A stretch of DNA of 63,580 nucleotides, the filler included, from an uncultured Methanosarcinales archaeon (lineage in GTDB: Archaea > Nanobdellota > Nanobdellia > Woesearchaeales > CAYVYK01): NCBI GenBank assembly GCA_964455675.1. It is 5 parts of 4 records of this genome, joined end to end, with 100 filler letters (N's around TTAATTAATTAA, not from the genome) between each part and the next. Parts side by side here need not be neighbours in the genome. Positions count along the whole stretch, not along the records: positions 40,054 to 45,487 come from CAYVYK010000007.1; positions 45,588 to 63,580 come from CAYVYK010000020.1; 3 more parts are not named here. The stretch is one strand, 5' to 3'. Below, piece after piece: positions 43,074 to 51,380 of the stretch. The notes beneath the pieces are model-generated. The model saw nothing but the letters and a program-made list of their open reading frames with translations, did no database searches and was not told where the DNA came from. The number at the start of each line of letters is the position of its first letter. Position 1 is the first letter of the stretch. The translations under genes and the position numbers were made by a program.

Positions 43074-45347
43074 TTATCGGCGCAGCACTTTACGAAGCGG
43101 ACTTTTTTGGTTGAAGTCACAGAGCGGCAACTCTGCGCTTGGCAGCCGATCATCGCCATACCAAGACCTGAGCGTAGCAAGAATATCGCCCTTGTCTCCC
43201 CGGTGGAGGTATCCACGGAACTGGATCGGATTAATCGCGATCTTCGCGGCAGGAGGATAGTATGTGGCAATCAGGCAGCGGTCAAAATTCTTCGGATTAA
43301 GCCCCGCAACAATATCATAGATTTGCTCCACGACCTCGGCATCCGTCAGTGGTCGATTGGTCCCATCACGCATCTCCTGCCCCATAATTATCGGGTATCT
43401 TGTCCCGGGCTTTTCCGTCATCGTATGGAATGTTATATACCGCGGGTGGAGCGCGTTCAAGATGGCCCTTGTCTCACGTACATGCTGCTCGTAAAAACGA
43501 ATACCACCAAGTCCAGGCATGATCATTAGCGAGAGCATCATATCCGTCTGGGTTATCTTCTCTCCAGCAAGGTCCATTTCCTTGCGCGTTATACCCTTGT
43601 TAACGTAGTCGAGAATCTCTTGCGCACCAGTCTCGACGCCCCAGTACAGCAACCGTAGATTGTGATCCACGAGCTCTTGAAGCTCATCCACACTCTTCCT
43701 TGAAATGCCTTCCGTTCTTGTAAAAATTCCGACTCGCCTAAGTGCTCCACGACGACTCTTTCTCGCCACTCTTCGCTCTACGGTATCAAGGTATTGCATC
43801 AATTGTTTTGTCGGAAGCGCGAATGAGTTACCGCCAGCGATGAAAACGCGCTCGATGAGTTTACTATCCTTCCCTAGACGTTCCATTACCCGCGCAACGT
43901 GCGCATCAAACTCACTAGGCTTGCGCACAAAGAAATCTGCGTGAGCATATTCATGACAAAATGTACACTTCCCGTAATTACAGCCATTGCCTGCCTCCAG
44001 CTTCAGCACCCTCACCAGCTGCTCTGAGGGCGGTGAGAACGGATCGCCACCCCTATACATATCGCGATCATTGTAGAGCATGAGCCGACGCGTCCAAGGC
44101 TCACCATCTTTTGCCATCAGACGGGAAAATATTGCTCCAACAACATCACTTGTTGGCTCATTCACATTCAGCTCGCGAGCAACGAGGTAGTGTTCCTGGG
44201 CGAGCAAAGCGCCCATCCATCTGATGATATTTCCAGCGAGCGAGGGGTCTTTACTTACTTGCCCTGCCGCAGCGGCCACCGCGGATGTGAACTGACCCTC
44301 ATCACCGATATCACCACGGATTTTCACTTCGCGACCTGTCTTCTGCTTTAAAAACATTTCCGCGAGTTTTGCAGCATCAGAAAACGGAAGCGTGACTTGC
44401 TCATGGTCATACGCAACAACATCTATCACTGGACCCTTGCCTTCTGCAATCGCACGGAGGTTTTCATCCTTCAGATCATATTTTCGACGAAGACTGGAAA
44501 GTTTCTGCAAGATGAGCTCGTCAAAGCGAGCACGGATTTGCTCTTTTGCCTCACCGAGCAGATCTGGATAAAGCTCACGAGTTGCCTCGGCAACAAGTAA
44601 TTTGGCGGCCGCATTCACGGATCCGGCTTCCTGCACTAATCGATTATAGAAATTTGCTCCCTCTTGCTCAACTTCCGATGGGTGCAAAAGCCAGGATTGA
44701 CCTTTCTCATTGACCAACCGCTCCCCGTTGTAGGGTCTTACGGTCACGAGATTTGGATCAGAAGCAAGTACTATAACGCGAGTTCCAAGCGGAAGATCGG
44801 ATATATCGCCGCCATAATGGTACTGGGCTGTGCCGTCCTCAAAATCATAGCCCACCATACTGTTAACTCGTACTATATCACCCTCTGTGAAACCAGGATT
44901 TGCGACAGGATGCACGAGGAGATATTGTTCCACAAGCTCCTCAAGTTTCTGCCCGATGATTCCACATTTTTTAGGCTCTTCATCCATTTTCACGGGAACT
45001 GTAGCGGCAAGACGATCAATAAGAGCCGATTTGAACCTTGACGGTACTGGCTCTGCATTCCTAATCTCATCATCACGCTGCCGCTTTAATTCTTCGATTT
45101 GAGCAGACACCAGATGATACTCGCGTCTGATCTCCTCGGCAGTCTTCTGAGCCGTTTCTTCCGGCGTTGGCAGACTTCCAGCCCATTGTTGTAAGTCGTC
45201 GTACGAGGTAATAGCCTCGGCAGCCTTTGCGAAATCCGCATATTCCTGTGTGTGCCTTAGAAATCTCAACTCTTGTTCCAGCCTCTTCTTTGCCATCGCA
45301 CCATACATGGCAGCGAAGTGACCGTTCGTCATCTGTCTTTGCCCCAT
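43074..45347 (-). CDS. Radical SAM protein with long N-terminal extension
   Basis: GCNYGKCTFC, VFIAGGN, YWGVETG, NKG, IMPGLGG in the C-terminal ~320 aa. Confidence 0.85.
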   Translation of the reverse strand: MGQRQMTNGHFAAMYGAMAKKRLEQELRFLRHTQEYADFAKAAEAITSYDDLQQWAGSLPTPEETAQKTAEEIRREYHLVSAQIEELKRQRDDEIRNAEPVPSRFKSALIDRLAATVPVKMDEEPKKCGIIGQKLEELVEQYLLVHPVANPGFTEGDIVRVNSMVGYDFEDGTAQYHYGGDISDLPLGTRVIVLASDPNLVTVRPYNGERLVNEKGQSWLLHPSEVEQEGANFYNRLVQEAGSVNAAAKLLVAEATRELYPDLLGEAKEQIRARFDELILQKLSSLRRKYDLKDENLRAIAEGKGPVIDVVAYDHEQVTLPFSDAAKLAEMFLKQKTGREVKIRGDIGDEGQFTSAVAAAAGQVSKDPSLAGNIIRWMGALLAQEHYLVARELNVNEPTSDVVGAIFSRLMAKDGEPWTRRLMLYNDRDMYRGGDPFSPPSEQLVRVLKLEAGNGCNYGKCTFCHEYAHADFFVRKPSEFDAHVARVMERLGKDSKLIERVFIAGGNSFALPTKQLMQYLDTVERRVARKSRRGALRRVGIFTRTEGISRKSVDELQELVDHNLRLLYWGVETGAQEILDYVNKGITRKEMDLAGEKITQTDMMLSLMIMPGLGGIRFYEQHVRETRAILNALHPRYITFHTMTEKPGTRYPIIMGQEMRDGTNRPLTDAEVVEQIYDIVAGLNPKNFDRCLIATYYPPAAKIAINPIQFRGYLHRGDKGDILATLRSWYGDDRLPSAELPLCDFNQKSPLRKVLRR

Positions 45348-45445
45348 CTACAATCGCCCTACCGAGCGGGCTATAGATATATCTCCATTTAATAATGTTA
45401 CTACTTTATAAGGGTGTCTTTTTCGGAATTTTTACTTACGGCCGC

Positions 45446-45487
45446 CAGCCCTTTTCTTGTTTCGCCCTAAAGGCTCAACAAGAAAAG
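45446..45487. repeat. Palindromic element at contig end, related to the tRNA-flanking element
   Basis: CCAGCC-CTTTTCTTGTT-TCGCCCTAAAGGCTC-AACAAGAAAAG; cf. 186-233 and 56531-56574. Confidence 0.65.
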
Positions 45488-45587
45488 NNNNNNNNNNNNN
45501 NNNNNNNNNNNNNNNNNNNNNNNNNNNNNNNTTAATTAATTAANNNNNNNNNNNNNNNNNNNNNNNNNNNNNNNNNNNNNNNNNNNN
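45488..45587. other. Artificial contig linker
   Basis: N44-TTAATTAATTAA-N44. Confidence 0.97.
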
Positions 45588-45708
45588 GCCGGTGTAACTT
45601 AGCCTGGTTAGAGTGCCACGCTCATATGCTATGAGCTAAGAGGCAAACGCCGATGACTTAGAGCACGGAGCCACGTGGAAGTCGGGGTTTCAAATACCCC
45701 CACCGGCA
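45588..45708 (+). tRNA. tRNA(CAT), probably elongator Met, with 46-nt 37/38 intron (45627..45672)
   Basis: GCCGGTG acceptor, CCACG-CTCATA[intron]A-CGTGG, GGGGT-TTCAAAT-ACCCC, CACCGGC-A. Confidence 0.88.
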
Positions 45709-45715
45709 TTCTCCA

Positions 45716-48112
45716 TCAAGTAAAGAACCCAGGATCGGGGGTTGGTTCCACAGGCCCAATAGAAGGATCTTTGTCATCTATGTGGTCCTCGGAATCCTCG
45801 TGTTCCAATTCTGTGGGGACTGGGTTCGATGTACATATACATGCATGAGATGAGTGGCTCCAGATACACATTTGACTCGGTGGACAGGGCAAAACACGGC
45901 AACTGCATGCCCTGCACGCCCATGTTCCCAAGTCATACGAACAGATTTGGCTCGATGCACAGGGAACATCCGCTTGACAATTATGACAGTTCTCCCCAGG
46001 GTCTACCTCACCATCCGAACAGGAAGTGTATTCAAAGGGCCAGAGAGGATTGTAGCCACCAACACCATCACATTCAGGATCATTCTCATCGATCAGCAGA
46101 TCAAAGTCATTGTCCACACCATCCGAGCAGTCGGGCTTCTCACTCCAGTCATCAGCAAATTGACAACCGTCATCAGACAATCCAGGATCAGGATATCCGT
46201 CACCATTGATATCATAATCAATCAAGCCATCTTCATCATTGTCGATGCCATCCCGACAGTGCGGCAAATCAAAGTCCTCCGCGTCCAAGCTCGGATCGTA
46301 CACGCTCAAGGGAGTACAGCCGCGATCATTCTGGTCGATAGCAGTATCACCATCGTTATCGATACCGTCACTGCACTCGGGCTTTTCCGAGGAGTCAAGA
46401 GCGGAACTGCATTGACTATCCGGAGGATAACCCGCAAAGACGCCATGACCACCATTCCAGTCAACTCCCCCATCAAAATCATCGTCCAGATTATTATTGC
46501 ACTCGGTTCGCTCATCGTGACCTGAAGGGGCCACTGGCAACCCAAGGCAAGGATACAGCTCGCAAGTATCGAGGAAGTTCTGGATGGATGAGGGATCAGT
46601 CATGTCAATCGTAGGCTTATCTATCGTCGGATCCGAGAGATTTGAGAAATATCTGTAGAAAATAATTGGCTCCCCATAATCAAGCATGCCATAGCGCTCG
46701 AGAGCACAGCAGTCACTCTTAAGCCACCGGGCAATCATCATAAAATCAGTCTGATCCGCAGATGCAATACTCGAGTCGATCGCAATTGCACTTGGGAGGG
46801 AATCAATCGCACAACCAGTCTCGTCCGGATCCAGAGCCGTCGGACATGTCACGGGATCCCGCTCACGACCAGGATAGTACATATCATTGAAATACACCCA
46901 ATCAAGGAGAGGCTTATTGAGCGGAGGTTGGCCCACATCAAGCGCAGCATCAGCATTCACAAAGCTTTCAATCCCTAGCAAACCTCCAGGATTAAGCATA
47001 CCATCATCAACAGGAACCGTCCTTCCATAAAACCGCTCGAGAAATGATGGACCGGAAGGAGACGGACGGTAGTAGGAATGACCCGATGGGCCCTCCAAAT
47101 ACGCGGCAAGAGGAGTAACATTCGCAATTCCGGTCCCCGAATCAAGGCTGAGATCGGCATAGATGTACTCGCCGTCCTGCGGGAAACGCTGCACCCGATT
47201 CTGCAGCTTACCACCAGTCATACCAGAGTACAGAGGATCCTGAAGGTTCGTGATCGGAACCTTCACGACAACCTCCTTATCCACAATGCGAATATCCGCA
47301 ACACCCGTACGATCAGAAATGTTCAGACTGTAATACAGCACAAATTCCACGTATCCATACTCACTTTGGCGGACCGTGATATCATACGGGAGGACAGCAT
47401 TTGTATATCCTCTCGACGTAATCGATGCATCATACGGGACAGGAACGACACTCCATGTCCCATCAATTCCTTGACGGTATACCCAGATCATTGGGTCCTG
47501 TACCTTCACACGCTTAACATCCATGTGCACATCAAGCCCTGCTAGGCTACCCTGCTGTGCAACGCTCTCAATCCACTCTGGAAGGGTACTAGGCGTCTGC
47601 AATTCAAACATGGACTGGACGCGCGATCCCGTGGACAATTGGAGTTGGTTATTTTGCGTAATGTTGTACACTATCATAAATTTGGATTTCTCAATCTCAC
47701 CCGTCACAGGATTACGATAGGGAATCTTCGCATTCCATGATGACACTGAATAATTATTTAGCTCAACTACAGGAGCAATACCCGACGTCATCACGCGACG
47801 GACGTACACGCTGATATTCCTTCCACCGTCTGGGACAAACTCCGGCTGATCATTATACGAACTCGCATTCCTGATCCAGTCATTTAAGCCAAGAAGCGCG
47901 CGAAAGCCAGAAATATACACAGCACGCTCAAGATCGCGCTCAATGTTTGTGGAGAGCGACGTCATCGAACGAGCTCGCGACTGCACAGGAACCATCTTAC
48001 TTGAATAGCGCTCAGAATTCGTGATAAGCGCGGCAATAATGACGAGAAGAACTATGAACGAGAGCGTGATGATAGTAAAGACTACACCCCTTTTTGAATA
48101 TACCACACCCAT
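45716..48112 (-). CDS. Large surface protein with class III-like signal peptide and Cys/Asp-rich repeats
   Basis: SKRG-VVFTIITLSFIVLL N-terminus; four C.DG.DND.D..ID...D..C repeats; Cys-rich tail. Confidence 0.85.
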   Translation of the reverse strand: MGVVYSKRGVVFTIITLSFIVLLVIIAALITNSERYSSKMVPVQSRARSMTSLSTNIERDLERAVYISGFRALLGLNDWIRNASSYNDQPEFVPDGGRNISVYVRRVMTSGIAPVVELNNYSVSSWNAKIPYRNPVTGEIEKSKFMIVYNITQNNQLQLSTGSRVQSMFELQTPSTLPEWIESVAQQGSLAGLDVHMDVKRVKVQDPMIWVYRQGIDGTWSVVPVPYDASITSRGYTNAVLPYDITVRQSEYGYVEFVLYYSLNISDRTGVADIRIVDKEVVVKVPITNLQDPLYSGMTGGKLQNRVQRFPQDGEYIYADLSLDSGTGIANVTPLAAYLEGPSGHSYYRPSPSGPSFLERFYGRTVPVDDGMLNPGGLLGIESFVNADAALDVGQPPLNKPLLDWVYFNDMYYPGRERDPVTCPTALDPDETGCAIDSLPSAIAIDSSIASADQTDFMMIARWLKSDCCALERYGMLDYGEPIIFYRYFSNLSDPTIDKPTIDMTDPSSIQNFLDTCELYPCLGLPVAPSGHDERTECNNNLDDDFDGGVDWNGGHGVFAGYPPDSQCSSALDSSEKPECSDGIDNDGDTAIDQNDRGCTPLSVYDPSLDAEDFDLPHCRDGIDNDEDGLIDYDINGDGYPDPGLSDDGCQFADDWSEKPDCSDGVDNDFDLLIDENDPECDGVGGYNPLWPFEYTSCSDGEVDPGENCHNCQADVPCASSQICSYDLGTWACRACSCRVLPCPPSQMCIWSHSSHACICTSNPVPTELEHEDSEDHIDDKDPSIGPVEPTPDPGFFT

Positions 48113-48180
48113 AACACGGAATCCTAGCAGTACCCCTTTATAAGTTTTTCCAAGAGCATTGACAACAATCTGACATCCGT

Positions 48181-48873
48181 TCAGAAGGAATCAACAAATT
48201 CGGTACGTAGAGAGTGGTACAATTCCTTATCCTGAGAAATCAGCTGCAGGCGCGATAGATAGGGTCCACGAGTTGCCAGACGATCGAGCACCTTCTGCAT
48301 TGCAACACGCGCTTCACTGTGGATCGCACCGATTTGGCGAATGGTGAAGTCGAGCTCGGAAGCACGACCAATCGCCCGATGCCAAGCCTCACGCTCAATC
48401 CCAAGCACGATCTTTACGTCGGCTAACTTCATATCGCGGTCCCGACGGTTCACCCTCCACATTGCCCACTCTTCTCTCGTCACAGTCCATGGGCTCTTGT
48501 AGTAATAATCCCACGCATGACCATACTCATGGAGCATCGTTGAAGGAAGGTTCACGTCCTGACAGAAATTTGGCAAATCGATACACTCCTGATGATGATC
48601 ATAGGTGCCGTGGGATGTCGGCACAAAACCATTCGTTCCCCTCCGTTCATACGCCCATACACCCATCCCTTGAGGCAAACCATGCAGAAGCGATACACCG
48701 GTCTCCTCAATCACGAGATCGGAAAGCTCGTGCTTCCACACATAGGTATCCTCCTCCCACGCATTCGTAAACCAATGCTTCATCCTCTTTTGAGTAAACG
48801 TGGCTCGCAGATCCCCATGCCATTTCGTGTGCAGTATTCCTGGATTCATCATCACGTGGAACTTTGGATACAT
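48181..48873 (-). CDS. Hypothetical protein with zincin-like HExxH motif
   Basis: TMLHEYGHAWD followed by ..EREAW. Confidence 0.65.
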   Translation of the reverse strand: MYPKFHVMMNPGILHTKWHGDLRATFTQKRMKHWFTNAWEEDTYVWKHELSDLVIEETGVSLLHGLPQGMGVWAYERRGTNGFVPTSHGTYDHHQECIDLPNFCQDVNLPSTMLHEYGHAWDYYYKSPWTVTREEWAMWRVNRRDRDMKLADVKIVLGIEREAWHRAIGRASELDFTIRQIGAIHSEARVAMQKVLDRLATRGPYLSRLQLISQDKELYHSLRTEFVDSF

Positions 48874-48976
48874 TATTTAAGAGTATTCATTCTGTAACCA
48901 CTAACTGAGTACGATCTTTTTAGCTTCATACGTGTTCCAAAAATGTTATTTCACCTCATGGAAAGGGCATTTCGTC

Positions 48977-51289
48977 TCACGGCTTTTGGATCAAGGGAAG
49001 AATGTCGATACCGCTATTGTGCAAGATGGCAAGGGCGTCACAGCAGTACCTGCTTTCCACGTAGCACTTGGTGCACAATTCCTCAGATTCCCGATAGGAT
49101 TTATGCAACGACCAATCATGCTCACCATTCCTTAGCGCAGCTTTACTCTGAACCATGCTCGCAGCGATCCTAAACACTTCCTCATGGAAGGGGTGGTCGG
49201 GAGTGTATTTTATTATCGGGGAGAACTTCTGCACGCCTAGAGGCCTTGGAAGAGCGGAAGCCCGCTCAACACCAAAGAACAAGTGATCAAACGGATTACG
49301 GTCAAGACAGGTGTAGATATTACCCGTGTTCAATCCTGAATCCTTGAGATGACGCAGAATCAATGCACCATACAGGAACGTCTGACGGCGATAATGATGC
49401 TCAGGATAGGGAGTCACACGCTTATTCTTGATATCGATGACGACAACATGATAGGTATCGCCATCTTTCAGGAACATGAACTGATCAGGATGAAATGAAA
49501 CGGAAAAATCACCGGCGGATCCACCCACACGCATGAAGAAGGGAACTTCTGCGTAGGTATCCGAAGAGATGGGCGGGACACCGATCCTTTGAAGCGTGGT
49601 GTAATGCGCAAGGCCTGGTAAGGGCGACGTGGAAAGCTTGTGAGCTGCCGTGCCCGTCACAGCATAGATTGAATCCAAGGATCCAGGAACATGGCTAGCA
49701 AGGAACGCAGCGCGATCCGATGGAGACAATCCCGCAACACACTCCTCCAAAAACCGCGTCTTTTTCGCGGGATCTAGGGAGCCGATGATCGCTTCCGCAG
49801 GACAAACGCGCGAACCAATCGTAAACTCAGAACCGCGAAAATCACCCACTTGGGAACTCGTGGGCCACGCAATATTCAGCTGATGCGGAAAGACAATCTG
49901 AAACCCCCGAATTTCCTCCTGCCATTTCCTATTAGTCTTGTTTGTCACGCGGTCGCCAAGATAGATGGAAGGGTCAGCAAGGAAAAATTCAACTGTTCTT
50001 GGCTCCCTGCGCTTGTAAGCTACCCCACGATCCCTCGCAAAGCGCGCGAGCAGGTCCTGCTCTATTGGAGAGAGACACTGCTCGAACACGTCCTCAATAT
50101 TTGGGCGCATATGCAGCGCTTCAGGCTCAAGAAGGAGGAAGGGATATTTTTCTGAAGGAGCGTAATCAATGACCTGCTTTTGCGACGAATACCTCGTTCG
50201 GGCAGGCGCAGGAACCCGATCAGGTGATATAGCGCGTCTGCGATGCTGAAAGATACCGAACAACCGCTCCATCGAGGAAGGATGCGCGATACCTCTCTCG
50301 GTGTACCCCTGAGGGTCCTTTGCAGTCGCCATGGGACCTTTGCAACCCCCGACAAACTCAAAAGTCAGAGGAACATCATGCATCGCAAGCGCGTACTTCT
50401 CAGCCTTGCGAAGAATGTGTGCGGCAACCGACGTCTTCTCCGCAAACACTTGAACATGCCGCAGGCCATGCTCATGAAGCTTGTCTATGCACTTTGGCCA
50501 CAGTTGACCGAGCAGAAGACCATACTTTAATGCAAGAAGTTCCTTTGCGAGGTATGTCTCACGCTGACGGTATTTCAGATATTCTTCCGCATCCTTGCAT
50601 CCCGTACGGGAAAACTCAGTTCGTACCAACTCCCAAGACGAAGGAACCGCAGGATTAAAGAGGTCAGGCGATACGCGCATCAATCCCAAACGATCCGAAA
50701 AATCATCAGCCTTTCGGAAGTCTGCAAGACTGTACCCATCCCACACTGTATCGTCCAGGACCGCACACTCAAGACCATACGGGCCGTTCCGATCAGAAAA
50801 CACCATCGGAAAATCTACGCAGGAAAGAGGCCAGAAGAGATACTCATCAAGAACTTCCTTAGGAAAGACTGCACGTTCATCGGGAGCATGATGAAGCACG
50901 GTTCCCGGAGCTACCTGCAGAAGGAGCGACGTCGGAATGCAGGAGTTTGAGAATGGATCAAGCCACTCCTTACCTCTACCACCAAACTCGGTGAGCGCAA
51001 GACCATTCATCATCACGAGCACCTTTCCCTCAAGAGAGGAAAGGTCCCTCGCGAGATTTGCCTCATGCAAGCGGTACATATCATGACGCGCGAGCAATCG
51101 TTCATCTACCGCGAGCGCAGACTCAAAAACACGCGGACAGGGATCGTTACCCTTGCGGCAAGCTGGCGGGAGTATCAATTCATCCCAGATGCGTTCGGGC
51201 GGAACATTGAACGAATCAAAAACACCCGAGGAAATGTGCAACAGGCTATAGAGCCGCTTGATACTCCGTATCGTATCGACATCAACCAT
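48977..51289 (-). CDS. Large protein with C-terminal Cas4/AddB-like PD-(D/E)xK nuclease
   Basis: VCP, GTAAH, AEVP, FHPD, IDIK, QTFLY, CTKC...CC; start taken at ATG 51289. Confidence 0.75.
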   Translation of the reverse strand: MVDVDTIRSIKRLYSLLHISSGVFDSFNVPPERIWDELILPPACRKGNDPCPRVFESALAVDERLLARHDMYRLHEANLARDLSSLEGKVLVMMNGLALTEFGGRGKEWLDPFSNSCIPTSLLLQVAPGTVLHHAPDERAVFPKEVLDEYLFWPLSCVDFPMVFSDRNGPYGLECAVLDDTVWDGYSLADFRKADDFSDRLGLMRVSPDLFNPAVPSSWELVRTEFSRTGCKDAEEYLKYRQRETYLAKELLALKYGLLLGQLWPKCIDKLHEHGLRHVQVFAEKTSVAAHILRKAEKYALAMHDVPLTFEFVGGCKGPMATAKDPQGYTERGIAHPSSMERLFGIFQHRRRAISPDRVPAPARTRYSSQKQVIDYAPSEKYPFLLLEPEALHMRPNIEDVFEQCLSPIEQDLLARFARDRGVAYKRREPRTVEFFLADPSIYLGDRVTNKTNRKWQEEIRGFQIVFPHQLNIAWPTSSQVGDFRGSEFTIGSRVCPAEAIIGSLDPAKKTRFLEECVAGLSPSDRAAFLASHVPGSLDSIYAVTGTAAHKLSTSPLPGLAHYTTLQRIGVPPISSDTYAEVPFFMRVGGSAGDFSVSFHPDQFMFLKDGDTYHVVVIDIKNKRVTPYPEHHYRRQTFLYGALILRHLKDSGLNTGNIYTCLDRNPFDHLFFGVERASALPRPLGVQKFSPIIKYTPDHPFHEEVFRIAASMVQSKAALRNGEHDWSLHKSYRESEELCTKCYVESRYCCDALAILHNSGIDILPLIQKP

Positions 51290-51380
51290 GCACGGCGAGG
51301 GTGTGGACAAGTATTTTAAAGGTTCCCCTATTACTCACTTACGGATAGTAAATATTTACGCAAGTATTTTGGTGGAAGGC

